64,000 bases of DNA from Methanomassiliicoccaceae archaeon (GCA_003550345.1 PUJZ01000027.1:15134-79133), one strand, 5' to 3'. Counted from the stretch's first letter, positions 36,160-45,549 are shown. Program-made: numbers and translations. The notes: a model not told the origin generated them from the sequence alone.

Positions 36160-36999
36160 TCAGAACAGCGTGGACTGGGCGCAGGCCGACGGGGAGGTGC
36201 CGACGAAGCGCGCGACCAGGTCCTTCAGGTCTAGCGCCTTGAGCATTCCCAGCTCGTCGCGGTAGACGGCGAGCCTGCCCTTGGCGCCCAGCAGCTCCCC
36301 GCGGTGCTTGCCGGCGGTGGGCATCACCCGCGGCGCCGTGGCCAGGCCGCGGAGGGGATAGCCGTCAAGAACCTGCGGCCGCCCCGCGGCCGGGAACGAG
36401 GGGGACATGCCTTCCCAGATGCGGACCGCCTCTTCCAAGGAGCCGTCGACCGCGCTCTCCGCCAGCGACTGCAGGGACGTGGCCTGCGGCAGGCCCCTCT
36501 CCCGGGAGATCCTCTGCTCGGCCTCCCGGGCCTCGTAGCGGCTGCGCTGCCTCTCCAGCTCCACGATCAGGTCGGCGCCCTGTTCGATGCCCCTCTCCCG
36601 CAGCCGGGAGCTGCGGGTCATTCCCACCTTCGCCCGGGGGCCGAAGAGGGCCAGGTACACGGTGTGCTCCTCGCCGCAGACCGTGCCCTCGCAGAGCGTG
36701 CCGCGGCAGCGCGGCTGGAAGCGGCACTCCTGCACCGGGAAGCTGTCGCAGGCGCGGCATCGGCCCAGCCCGGGCGTCAACGTCTCCAGGCAGGGGGCGC
36801 CGTCCCGCTCTCCGGTGCAGAGGCGGGCCTCCGACACGAAGAGGTCCAACGGCTCGAGGGAGAGGGGGCGCAGCTCGCCGCTGTCGTTCATCCTCTCCCA
36901 GAGCTCGGGGGTGAAGCCCCTCCAGCGGAAGGCGACGACCTGGGAGCGGTGGCATCTCAGCGGGTCGGACCCCATGATCTCGGCGGCGTCGCGGAACAT
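36160..36999 (-). CDS. hypothetical protein, DUF2797-like
   Basis: Cys-rich segment CRAC...C...C...C...C followed by VYLALFGPRAKVGMTRSSRLRERGIEQGA, which resembles DUF2797 as I remember it. Confidence 0.4.
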   Translation of the reverse strand: MFRDAAEIMGSDPLRCHRSQVVAFRWRGFTPELWERMNDSGELRPLSLEPLDLFVSEARLCTGERDGAPCLETLTPGLGRCRACDSFPVQECRFQPRCRGTLCEGTVCGEEHTVYLALFGPRAKVGMTRSSRLRERGIEQGADLIVELERQRSRYEAREAEQRISRERGLPQATSLQSLAESAVDGSLEEAVRIWEGMSPSFPAAGRPQVLDGYPLRGLATAPRVMPTAGKHRGELLGAKGRLAVYRDELGMLKALDLKDLVARFVGTSPSACAQSTLF

Positions 37000-37000
37000 T

Positions 37001-37636
37001 TCAGCGCTGTCGGACGCTGAGGTACTGCGGCGGCACCTCTTTGCATAGGTAGACCGTGCGGGCGGCGCGGCCGATGGCCACGCCGTCGGCGGTGGCGGCG
37101 GCGGTGTCCACCGCCAGTATGACCGGCTCGTCCACCCTCACCGATCCGGCGGAGTGGGCGTCCTCATAGGTCTTGGACAGGTGCACCATGCGGCGGTCGG
37201 AGGGGATTATCCCCATCTCCAGGATTATCTCCGCCTCCTCGGGCGTGGCGGGGTAGAACAGCTCCGCGGGGATGTTGTCGCTGGGGTGCATTAGGTCGAG
37301 GTCCAAGGTGTGGCCGTAGGTCGCGCGCACCTTGTCGTTGCTCACCTGGTAGCGCCCCTTGGGGTCGCTCTCCACCAGGGCCACGATGTGGTGGCTTCGC
37401 AGCCAGTGCATGCGGCGGCTGCGGTCCCTCAGCGCGGATACCAGGTCGCGCAGGTCCACATAGCCCTGCTCGTCCATCTCCAGCTCGAAGCGCTCGGGGA
37501 AGGGGCGCAGCACGCCGGCCATGGTGCGGCCCACCTTGTCCATCTCCTCGGCGCTCATGAGGAACTTGCCCTCCTCTTCGCAGACTGGGCAGGTCTCGTC
37601 ACGGAAATACCCATGGTCCTCGCATTCCCTCAGCAT
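37001..37636 (-). CDS. kptA: RNA 2'-phosphotransferase (Tpt1/KptA)
   Basis: CEDHGYFRDETCPVC archaeal N-terminus, VLRPFPERF...DEQGYVDL, RATYGHT, VHLS. I prefer ATG 37636 over the TTG at 37663. Confidence 0.82.
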   Translation of the reverse strand: MLRECEDHGYFRDETCPVCEEEGKFLMSAEEMDKVGRTMAGVLRPFPERFELEMDEQGYVDLRDLVSALRDRSRRMHWLRSHHIVALVESDPKGRYQVSNDKVRATYGHTLDLDLMHPSDNIPAELFYPATPEEAEIILEMGIIPSDRRMVHLSKTYEDAHSAGSVRVDEPVILAVDTAAATADGVAIGRAARTVYLCKEVPPQYLSVRQR

Positions 37637-37659
37637 GTTCACCTCTGAAGGCTGTACAG

Positions 37660-38556
37660 TCAAGAAATACCTTTCGATGCGGCGGCGAGCTCGGCCGCCT
37701 TCACCGTGTTCTGCATCAGCATGGCGATGGTCATCGGGCCCACCCCCCCGGGCGAGGGCGATATCGCCGACGCCCTCTGCTTTACGTTCTCGAAGTCCAC
37801 ATCGCCCACCAGGCGGTAGCCCTTCTCGCTGCCGGGGTCCTCGACGCGGTTGGTGCCCACGTCCACCACCGCCGCCCCCTCCTTCACCATGTCGGCGGTC
37901 ACGAAGAGGGGCTGGCCGATGGCGGCGATGAGCACGTCGGCCCGCCTCGTCACCTGGGCCAGCGCCGGGGTGCGGGAATGGGCCACGGTGACGGTGGCGT
38001 CCGCGCCCGCGCCCTTCTGCATGAGCATGGCGGCGATGGGCTTGCCCACGATGTTGCTGCGGCCGAGCACCACCACCTCCTTGCCCTCGATGGCCACCCC
38101 GCTGCGCAGCAGGAGCTGCTGTATGCCCGCCGGGGTGGCCGGGAGGAAGAGGGGGTCGCCGATGAGCATGCGGCCGACGTTCAGCGGATGGAAGGCGTCG
38201 ACGTCCTTGAGCGGGTCTATGCGCTCGATGACCTTCCTCTCGTCCACATGCGGCGGAAGCGGCAGCTGGCAGAGCACCCCGTGCACGCCAGGGTCGCTGT
38301 TCAGGCCGTCGAGCACGGCCAGGAGCTCCTCCTCGGAGGCGTCGGCGGGCAGGGCGCGGGTCAAGGAGTCTATCCCCAGGCGCTCGCAGGCCTTGCCCTT
38401 CATGCGCACATAGACATGGGATGCGGGGTCGTCCCCCATGATGACCACCGCCAGGCAGGGGTTCGTACCCTTTCCGCGCAGCTCGGCGAGCCTCTGCTCC
38501 AGCCCCGCGGTGACCTGGGCGGCCACCTCCTTGCCGTTCATCAGACGGTAGCTCAT
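37660..38556 (-). CDS. folD: bifunctional methylenetetrahydrofolate dehydrogenase / methenyltetrahydrofolate cyclohydrolase
   Basis: PCLAVVIMGDDPASHVYVRMK, LCQLPLP, GRSNIVGKP, PSPGGVGPMTIAML. Confidence 0.93.
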   Translation of the reverse strand: MSYRLMNGKEVAAQVTAGLEQRLAELRGKGTNPCLAVVIMGDDPASHVYVRMKGKACERLGIDSLTRALPADASEEELLAVLDGLNSDPGVHGVLCQLPLPPHVDERKVIERIDPLKDVDAFHPLNVGRMLIGDPLFLPATPAGIQQLLLRSGVAIEGKEVVVLGRSNIVGKPIAAMLMQKGAGADATVTVAHSRTPALAQVTRRADVLIAAIGQPLFVTADMVKEGAAVVDVGTNRVEDPGSEKGYRLVGDVDFENVKQRASAISPSPGGVGPMTIAMLMQNTVKAAELAAASKGIS

Positions 38557-38582
38557 CTTACCCTGCTCGACTATGCTAGGTC

Positions 38583-38620
38583 GCTATTTATGCTTTTCAG
38601 CCGGAGAAATCTAATTTAAA
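38583..38620. promoter_or_regulatory. divergent TATA elements for folD and fhs
   Basis: The minus strand reads GCATAAATAGC (38582-38592), about 30 nt upstream of the folD ATG. The plus strand has TAATTTAAA (38612-38620), about 24 nt upstream of the fhs ATG. Both imply very short leaders. Confidence 0.4.
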
Positions 38621-38640
38621 GGTAAGGGAATCACCCCCCG

Positions 38641-40311
38641 ATGAACGGCCGCATCGGCAGCACGGAACCGGGCCTCCGCCCCATCGAGGAGGTGGCGGAG
38701 TCCCTCGGCCTCGACCGCGAGGATCTTGTACTCTACGGCCGGGAGACCGCCAAGGTCCCCCTGTCGTCCCTGGAGGGCCTGAGGGGTCGCCCCGACGGCA
38801 AGCTGGTGGTCACCACCGCCATAACCGCCACCCCGGCAGGGGAGGGGAAGACCGTCACCACCATCGGCCTGGTGCAGGGACTGGGAAGGCTGGGCGTCAA
38901 GGCCATGGGCACGCTGCGCGAGCCTTCGCTGGGGCCCACGTTCGGCATCAAGGGGGGCGCCACCGGCGGCGGCCGGGCGCAGGTGCACCCCATGGTGGAC
39001 ATCAACCTCCATTTCACCGGCGACATCCACGCGGTGGGCGCCGCCCACAACCTGCTCTCGGCGGTGCTGGAGAACCACATCGCCAAAGGCAACGAGCTCG
39101 ACATCGATCCCGTGCGCATCATGCTGGGCAAGGCCATGGACATCGGCTCGCGGGAGCTGAGGCACATCGTCATCGGCCTGGGGGGCAAGGCCCGGGGCGG
39201 CGTCCCCCATGAGAGCTCGTTCATGATCACCCCCGCCTCGGAGATCAGCGCCATCCTCGCCCTCGCCAACGACCTGGGCGACCTGAGGCGCCGCCTGGAG
39301 GAGATGACGGTGGCCTACGACAACCAGGGCCGGCCGGTGCTGGCCCGGCAGCTGGGCTGCGTAGGGTCGCTGATGGCGCTGCTGAAGGACGCGGTGAACC
39401 CCAACCTGGTGCAGACCGTCGAGGGGCAGCCGGTCTTCGTGCACGGCTTCCCCTTCGCCAACATCGCCCACGGCACCAACTCGGTGATAGCCACGCGCTA
39501 CGCCCTCAAGCTCGCCGACGTGGTGGTCACGGAGACCGGCTTCGCCGCCGACCTGGGGGCGGAGAAGTTCTTCAACATCGTCTGCCGGCAGTCGGGCCTC
39601 AGGCCCGACTGCGTGGTGATGGTGGCCTCGCTGCGGGCGCTTAAGATGCACGGCGGCAAGGCGGTGGAGGAATGCCACCTCCCTGACGCGGACGCCCTGG
39701 AGGAGGGGATGGGCAACCTCTACCGCCACCTCTCCAACGTCGGCCTCTTCGGCCTCCCGGCGGTGGTGGCCCTGAACCGTTTCCCCGGCGACGCGGACGA
39801 TGAGCTGGAGATGGTGCTAGAGCGGCTGCGGGGCATGGGCGTGGAGGCGGCGGTCTCCACCGTCTTCGAGGACGGCGGGGCCGGGGGCGTGGAGCTCGCC
39901 CAGAAGGTCCAAGCGGTGCTCGAGAGGGGGGAGAGCGATTTCCGCAGCCTCTACGAATGCTCGCTGGACATCAGGGAGAAGGTGGAGACGGTGGCCAAGA
40001 AGGTCTACGGCGCGGGGCAGGTTATTTTCCTCAGCGCCGCCGAGAAGGCCATCGACGCCGCCGAGGGGCACGGCTACGGACGCCTGCCGGTGTGCATGGC
40101 CAAGACCCAGGCCTCGCTCAGCGATGACCCGCGCAAGCGCGGGGCCCCCGAGGGCTGGAAGCTCACCGTAAGGGAGGTCTTCATATCCAGCGGCGCGGGA
40201 TTCGTGGTCCCGGTCTGCGGCCAGATGAACCTGATGCCAGGGCTGCCCAAGCGCCCCTCGGCGCTCGACATCGACCTGGACGAGAACGGCCAGGTCACCG
40301 GTCTGCGCTGA
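38641..40311 (+). CDS. fhs: formate-tetrahydrofolate ligase
   Basis: TPAGEGKTTTTIGL, PSLGPTFGIKGGA, FVHGFPFANIAHG, CMAKTQASLSDDP. Confidence 0.95.
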   Translation: MNGRIGSTEPGLRPIEEVAESLGLDREDLVLYGRETAKVPLSSLEGLRGRPDGKLVVTTAITATPAGEGKTVTTIGLVQGLGRLGVKAMGTLREPSLGPTFGIKGGATGGGRAQVHPMVDINLHFTGDIHAVGAAHNLLSAVLENHIAKGNELDIDPVRIMLGKAMDIGSRELRHIVIGLGGKARGGVPHESSFMITPASEISAILALANDLGDLRRRLEEMTVAYDNQGRPVLARQLGCVGSLMALLKDAVNPNLVQTVEGQPVFVHGFPFANIAHGTNSVIATRYALKLADVVVTETGFAADLGAEKFFNIVCRQSGLRPDCVVMVASLRALKMHGGKAVEECHLPDADALEEGMGNLYRHLSNVGLFGLPAVVALNRFPGDADDELEMVLERLRGMGVEAAVSTVFEDGGAGGVELAQKVQAVLERGESDFRSLYECSLDIREKVETVAKKVYGAGQVIFLSAAEKAIDAAEGHGYGRLPVCMAKTQASLSDDPRKRGAPEGWKLTVREVFISSGAGFVVPVCGQMNLMPGLPKRPSALDIDLDENGQVTGLR

Positions 40312-41119
40312 ACCGGCGCTCCAGCTCCTCGAGGGTGAGGACCTCGAAGCCGAGGTCCTTGGCGCGGCCGAGCACCTGGGCCAGGGCCTCCGTCTGCGCC
40401 GCCGCCTCCGCCTTGCCGCGGCGCCCGTCGCGGACGCCCTCCGCCACATGCCAGCTGTGAGTCGCCATCACCAAGGCCCCCGCCCGGAAGCGCTCCAGCA
40501 TGCCGAAGTAGTCCTCCACCGGCCGGCGGCCCTCGTGCATCGCCCACAGGTAGGAGTCCATGATTCGCCCCTCGGCGTCCCTGTCCCTCGCCAACGGGAT
40601 CTCCAGCATGCCGTTGTCCAGCCTCCATGGCGTCACCGACCCCTCCTCCGCGGCCGCCGTCATCGACGAGTCGTAGGAGAAGCCCTCCTCCCCCAGATGG
40701 GAGAGGACGCGCGGGTCGATGTTCAGGTAGGGCGCGCGGAAGCCGCGGGGGACGATGCCGCAGCGGGAGGACAGCGCCTCCTTGGAGCGGCGTATTATGG
40801 CGCGCAGCTCCCCGTCGTCGGGGACGAGGCCGCTGCTCTCGCCGGTGAGGTCCTCATGGCCCATGCCGTGGCAGGCGAGCTCGTGCCCCCTCAGCACCGA
40901 GGCGTCGGGGAGGCTGAGCAGGGTCTCCCCCTCGGCGAAGACCGTGGCCGGCAGCGACAGGGAGCGAAGCATGTCGGCGATGGCCTCCATGCCCTCGGCC
41001 GAGGCGGAGTGGCGCGGCGGGACGCCCCGCCCCCGGTCGCGGGACGCCGCCGCCATCTCGCCTGGGACGGCGACGTTGCAGTCCCGGTCGAGGTCAACGG
41101 TGAACGCCAAGACCCTCAT
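40295..41119 (-). CDS. polysaccharide deacetylase (NodB homology domain) family protein
   Basis: FTVDLDRD and CHGMGHED are NodB-type motifs. The start is uncertain (ATG at 41119, 41146 or 41172). The 3' end overlaps fhs by 17 nt. Confidence 0.65.
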   Translation of the reverse strand: MRVLAFTVDLDRDCNVAVPGEMAAASRDRGRGVPPRHSASAEGMEAIADMLRSLSLPATVFAEGETLLSLPDASVLRGHELACHGMGHEDLTGESSGLVPDDGELRAIIRRSKEALSSRCGIVPRGFRAPYLNIDPRVLSHLGEEGFSYDSSMTAAAEEGSVTPWRLDNGMLEIPLARDRDAEGRIMDSYLWAMHEGRRPVEDYFGMLERFRAGALVMATHSWHVAEGVRDGRRGKAEAAAQTEALAQVLGRAKDLGFEVLTLEELERRFSADR

Positions 41120-41238
41120 GCCCTGCGGAGCGCGTTGCGGCTGCATCAATGTGACAAGGCCGCCGGCGGACATAAAGGTTATATCCGCCCTGCCCTTGAA
41201 TGAAGATGCGCCCCCCGGGGGCGGGCGGAGGTCAGGCA

Positions 41239-41916
41239 ATGATAATCGGCGAGCAGAAAGCGTTGGATGAGATCGTCGCCATGGTGGAGAAGGAGGGCGG
41301 GGGCCGCATACTGGTGGCCGGCTGCCGGTCCTGCGTGGCGGTATGCCTCGCCGGCGGCGAGGACGAGGTCGAGCAGCTCGCCGGCTCCCTCCGCGAACAC
41401 TCCGAGGAGCGCTCGTTGGGGTGGGAGCTGCGCACGGTGACCCTGCAGAGGCAGTGCGAGCGCTCCTTCGACGAGGCCATAGCCGATCTGGTGGAATGGT
41501 CCGACGTGCTGGTATCCCTGGGCTGCGGCGTCGGCGCCCAGGTCCTCAGCGAGGTCTACCCGGACAGGGTGGTGCTGCCCGGAATCGACACCTCGTCGAT
41601 GGGCGCCCCGGACGGGAGGGGGAAATGGAAGGAGCGTTGCGCCGGATGCGGGGACTGCACCGTCCATCTCAGCGGCGGCATATGCCCCATCGCCCGCTGC
41701 TCGAAGATGCTGCAGAACGGCCCCTGCGGCGGGTCGCAGGGGGGCAAGTGCGAGACCTCCCCGGACCGGGACTGCGCCTGGCAGCTGATATACGACCATC
41801 TGCGCGCCAAGGGCAGGCTCGACCTCCTGGAGACCCCGCTGCCGCCCAAGGACTGGTCCAGGTCGCGCGACGGCGGCCCCCGCACGGTGGTCAAGGGCGG
41901 GGGGTCGGGGCGTTGA
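41239..41916 (+). CDS. metV: methylenetetrahydrofolate reductase C-terminal-domain protein (MetV-like)
   Basis: CSKMLQNGPCGGSQGGKCE and CAGCGDC. ATG 41239 has GGAGGT 8 nt upstream. The ORF track start at 41200 is the alternative. Confidence 0.8.
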   Translation: MIIGEQKALDEIVAMVEKEGGGRILVAGCRSCVAVCLAGGEDEVEQLAGSLREHSEERSLGWELRTVTLQRQCERSFDEAIADLVEWSDVLVSLGCGVGAQVLSEVYPDRVVLPGIDTSSMGAPDGRGKWKERCAGCGDCTVHLSGGICPIARCSKMLQNGPCGGSQGGKCETSPDRDCAWQLIYDHLRAKGRLDLLETPLPPKDWSRSRDGGPRTVVKGGGSGR

Positions 41917-42836
41917 AGTCCGACGGTTCCCTGGAGCGCCTGCTCGCCGACGGGGAGTTCGTCGTCACCTCGGAGATAGGGCCGCCCAAGTCCGCCGACG
42001 GCGAGAGTGTGCGGCGCAAGGCCCGTCTCATGAAGGGGCATGCCGATGCTTTCAACGTCACCGACAACCAGACCGCCATCGTGAGGATGTCCTCGCTGGC
42101 GGCCAGCCTCTTCTGCATACAGGAGGGCGTGGAGCCCATCATGCAGATGACCTGCAGGGACCGCAACCGCCTCGCCATGCAGTCGGAGGTCCTCGGGGCC
42201 GCCGCGCTGGGCGTCAAGAACCTGCTGTGCATAACCGGCGACCACCAGAAGTTCGGGAACCAGCCCCAGTCGCGCAACGTCTTCGACCTCGACTCCTCCC
42301 AGCAGCTGATGGTCTTCAAACGGATGCGGGACGAGGGGGAGATGTGGTGCGGGGACCCCATCGAAACGCCCCCCCGCATGTTCCTGGGGGCGGCGGCCAA
42401 CCCGTTCGCCGACCCCGTGGAGCTGGGAGTGGTGAGGCTGGCCAAGAAGGTGCAGGCGGGCGCGGACTTCATCCAGACCCAGGCCATCTTCGACCTGCAG
42501 CGTTTCGAGGAATGGATGGGCATGGTGCGCTCCCGCGGGGTCGACAAGGACGTGCACATCCTGGCGGGGATCATCCCCCTGCGTTCGGCCAAGGCGGCCA
42601 GGTTCATGGCCACCAAGGTCCCGGGGATGCGCGTCCCCGAAGAGGTGCTGGAGCGGATGGAGGGGGCCTCCGATGAGAGGGCCGAGGGAATGAGGATTTG
42701 CCTGGAGACCATCGAGGAGCTGCGCGGCCGCCCGGGCATCGCCGGCATCCATCTGATGCCGGTGAACTGGGAGAGCGCCCTTCCTGAGATAGTGGAGAGG
42801 GCGGGGCTGCTGCCCCGGCCTCAGGCGCGCAGGTAG
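41913..42836 (+). CDS. metF: methylenetetrahydrofolate reductase
   Basis: FVVTSEIGPPKS, NVTDNQTAIVRMSS, QMTCRDRNR, LCITGD, FIQTQAIFD. The only in-frame start upstream of the conserved N-terminus is TTG 41913, which overlaps the metV stop (TTGA). Confidence 0.85.
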   Translation: MKSDGSLERLLADGEFVVTSEIGPPKSADGESVRRKARLMKGHADAFNVTDNQTAIVRMSSLAASLFCIQEGVEPIMQMTCRDRNRLAMQSEVLGAAALGVKNLLCITGDHQKFGNQPQSRNVFDLDSSQQLMVFKRMRDEGEMWCGDPIETPPRMFLGAAANPFADPVELGVVRLAKKVQAGADFIQTQAIFDLQRFEEWMGMVRSRGVDKDVHILAGIIPLRSAKAARFMATKVPGMRVPEEVLERMEGASDERAEGMRICLETIEELRGRPGIAGIHLMPVNWESALPEIVERAGLLPRPQARR

Positions 42837-43609
42837 TCCTCGCAGTAGAGCTTCTGGTCGAGGAGGACCTGCGCCGTCTTGACGGTGTCCATGGTCATCC
42901 TGTCCTCGGGGTCCAGTATGGCGGCGCTCAGGCCGGCCCCCATCAGCATCGCCAGGTAGGTGCTGTTGAGCAGGCTGCGGTCGCGGCATCCGTTGGACAC
43001 GTTGCTCAGCCCAACCACCGTGCGGGGGGCGGGGTCGTTGAGCATGCGGAACGCCCGCAGCGCCTCTATGACCTTCCAGCCCTGGTCCTGGGCGGCGACC
43101 ACCGGGAGGACCAGCGGGTCGAGGAGTATGCGTTCGGGCATCACATCGTGCTCCATGGCGGTGGTCATCATGAGCATGGCCATCTCCGCGCGGCTGTCCG
43201 CGTCGTTGGGGACCCCGCGCTCGTCCATGGTCAGGCAGATTATGTCAGCGTCGTGCTCCCTCGCCAGAGGGAAGAGGGCCAGCATCTTCTCCGCCTCGGC
43301 GGTGCTGGAGTTGATTATCGCCGGGTTCTCGCAGGCCTCCAGGCCGGCGGCCATCGTCTTCAGCCCGGGGGTGTCGATGCACAGGGGCAGATCGCTCGCC
43401 TCCTGCACCGTCCTCACCAGCCAGCGCATTGCCTCCGGGCCCTCGGCGCCCCGGCCCGGCCCGATGTTCACGTCCAGCGCCCCCGCGCCCGCCTGCACCT
43501 GACGGAGGGTCAGCTCCTGGATGAAGTCCGAGTCCCTCTCGTCGATGGCCTTGCCCACGGAGCGGAAAAGGCCGTTTATCCTCTCGCTGATGACCATCAT
43601 GTCCTTCAT
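42821..43609 (-). CDS. pterin-binding methyltetrahydrofolate:corrinoid methyltransferase (AcsE/MeTr-like)
   Basis: VISERINGLFRSVGKAIDERD, ALDVNIGP, LCIDTP, INSSTAE, DPLVLP, GLSNVSNGC and YCEDY align along the whole length with my recollection of Moorella MeTr (IIGERINGMF...LDLNVGP...LCLDST...INSTNAE...DPLILP...GLSNVSQNC...YCDSF). Start is ATG 43609 or 43600; the ORF track gives 43627. Confidence 0.8.
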   Translation of the reverse strand: MKDMMVISERINGLFRSVGKAIDERDSDFIQELTLRQVQAGAGALDVNIGPGRGAEGPEAMRWLVRTVQEASDLPLCIDTPGLKTMAAGLEACENPAIINSSTAEAEKMLALFPLAREHDADIICLTMDERGVPNDADSRAEMAMLMMTTAMEHDVMPERILLDPLVLPVVAAQDQGWKVIEALRAFRMLNDPAPRTVVGLSNVSNGCRDRSLLNSTYLAMLMGAGLSAAILDPEDRMTMDTVKTAQVLLDQKLYCEDYLRA

Positions 43610-43627
43610 TGGTTGATATCGCATCAT

Positions 43628-43670
43628 TATAAAAAAGATGACCCGCAGGGGGAATCCATTACATTTATGA
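43628..43670. promoter_or_regulatory. divergent TATA elements for the methyltransferase and purH
   Basis: The minus strand reads CTTTTTTATA (43628-43637). The plus strand has CATTTATGA (43662-43670), about 24 nt upstream of the purH ATG at 43690. Confidence 0.4.
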
Positions 43671-43689
43671 TTGACCTAGCGATATAGGC

Positions 43690-45288
43690 ATGGCATACCC
43701 CGGTATGCCCGCATCGGGAGGAATCTCACTGGTAAGAATCGAGAGGGCGCTTCTGAGTGTTTCTGACAAGGAGGGAGTGGTCGAGTTCGCGCGGGAGCTG
43801 GACTCCATGGGGGTGGAGCTGGTGTCCACCGGAGGCACGGCCAAGCTGCTGGCGGAGGCCGGTCTGGATGTGATCGAGGTATCCGAGATAACCGGATTCC
43901 CGGAGATGCTCGACGGCAGGGTCAAGACCCTGCACCCCCGCATACATGCCGGCATACTCGCCCGCCGCGACTCCCCGGAGCACATGGAGGCCATCGAGGC
44001 GATGGGGATAGGCCCCATAGACATGGTCGTCATCGACCTCTACCCCTTCAAGAGGACGGTGGCGGAGGCCCCGGACGACATGGAGGCCATCATCGAGAAC
44101 ATAGACATCGGCGGGCCCAGCATGCTGAGGGCGGCCGCCAAGAACCACCGCTCGGTGGCGGTGGTCAGCTCGCCGCAGCAGTACCCCATGGTTCTTGAAG
44201 AGATGCGGGGCGGCGGGACCGTGAGCGAGGAGACCCGGAGCTGGCTCATGGCGGATGCCTTCATAAGGAGCGCCAACTACGATGCGATGGTCGCGGACGT
44301 CATGAGGAGGCGGCACCAGCCTGATGTCTTCCCCGCCTCCCTGCCCTTCCCCAACGAGAAGGTGATGGGCCTGCGCTACGGCGAGAACCCCGACCAGAAG
44401 GCGGCCTTCTACGCCGACCCCTTCACCGAGGGACCGACCGTGGCCAAGGCGGAGCAGCTGCACGGCAAGCAGCTGTCGTTCAACAACATACTCGACCTCG
44501 ACAAGGCGCTGGACATAGCCATGGACTTCGAGCGCCCCACCGCGGTCATCATGAAGCACACCAACCCCTGCGGCCTCGCCAGCGCCGATGACGTGCACCG
44601 GGCCTTCGTGGACGCCTATGCGGTGGACCCGAAGTCGGCCTTCGGCTGCGTCATATGCCTGAACCGCGTCTGCCCCGCGTCGGTGGCGGAGGAGATACGC
44701 GACAACAAGTACTTCGTGGAGGCCATCATCGCCCCCGATTTCGAGCAGGGCGCCTTGGACATACTCCTGCAGAGGAAGAACGTCCGCCTGCTGAGGACCG
44801 GCTGCCCCATCGGGCCCTCCGTCCGCAGCCGCGAGCTGAAGATGAAGAAGGTGCAGGGCGGCATCCTGGTGCAGACCGATGAGGAGCTGAGGATCTCCCC
44901 CGAGGACCTCAAGGTGGTCACCAAACGGGCGCCCAGCGAGGAGGAGATGCGGGCGCTGCTCTTCGCCTGGAAGCTGGTTAAGCACGTCTGGTCCAATTCG
45001 GTGGTCTATGTGAAGGGGGAGAGGGCCGTGGGCATCGGCGCGGGGCAGATGAGCCGGGTGGACTCAGCGATGATTGCCAGTGTTAAAGGTGGGGATGACA
45101 CCGAGGGCAGCGTGATGGCCTCGGACGCGTTCTTCCCCTTCCGCGACGGCGTGGACGAGGCCGCCAAGGCGGGGGTGACCGCCATCATCCAGCCGGGCGG
45201 CTCGATAAGGGACCAGGAGTCGATAGACGCCGCCGACGAGCACGGCATGGCCATGGTCTTCACCGGCTGCCGCGTCTTCCGCCACTGA
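43690..45288 (+). CDS. purH: bifunctional AICAR formyltransferase / IMP cyclohydrolase
   Basis: [69 protein letters not shown]. Confidence 0.95.
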   Translation: MAYPGMPASGGISLVRIERALLSVSDKEGVVEFARELDSMGVELVSTGGTAKLLAEAGLDVIEVSEITGFPEMLDGRVKTLHPRIHAGILARRDSPEHMEAIEAMGIGPIDMVVIDLYPFKRTVAEAPDDMEAIIENIDIGGPSMLRAAAKNHRSVAVVSSPQQYPMVLEEMRGGGTVSEETRSWLMADAFIRSANYDAMVADVMRRRHQPDVFPASLPFPNEKVMGLRYGENPDQKAAFYADPFTEGPTVAKAEQLHGKQLSFNNILDLDKALDIAMDFERPTAVIMKHTNPCGLASADDVHRAFVDAYAVDPKSAFGCVICLNRVCPASVAEEIRDNKYFVEAIIAPDFEQGALDILLQRKNVRLLRTGCPIGPSVRSRELKMKKVQGGILVQTDEELRISPEDLKVVTKRAPSEEEMRALLFAWKLVKHVWSNSVVYVKGERAVGIGAGQMSRVDSAMIASVKGGDDTEGSVMASDAFFPFRDGVDEAAKAGVTAIIQPGGSIRDQESIDAADEHGMAMVFTGCRVFRH

Positions 45289-45474
45289 TCACTCCTCATC
45301 GTCGAAGATTATCATCGGCCTGCCCTCGGCCTTCCTCTTCATATGGCCCCCGGGCCCGCCCCTCTCCTTGCGCGCCGCGTCGATGCATTCCTCCGACTCG
45401 CAGGTGAAGGCGGCGAAGACGAAGTTCTTCGCGGTCCTGCCGCAGAACTGGCATACGTAGTCCTCGATGTTCAT
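45289..45474 (-). CDS. small hypothetical protein (61 aa), Cys-containing with acidic C-terminus
   Basis: [18 protein letters not shown]...TCESEEC. Strong GC3 bias. Its stop abuts the purH stop. Confidence 0.45.
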   Translation of the reverse strand: MNIEDYVCQFCGRTAKNFVFAAFTCESEECIDAARKERGGPGGHMKRKAEGRPMIIFDDEE

Positions 45475-45549
45475 GCCCGGGAATCGCCCCCTACGGATAT
45501 GCTTTTTGCGGGGGAAAATTCCTTAACCGGAATCCCGATAAAGCAGGGG

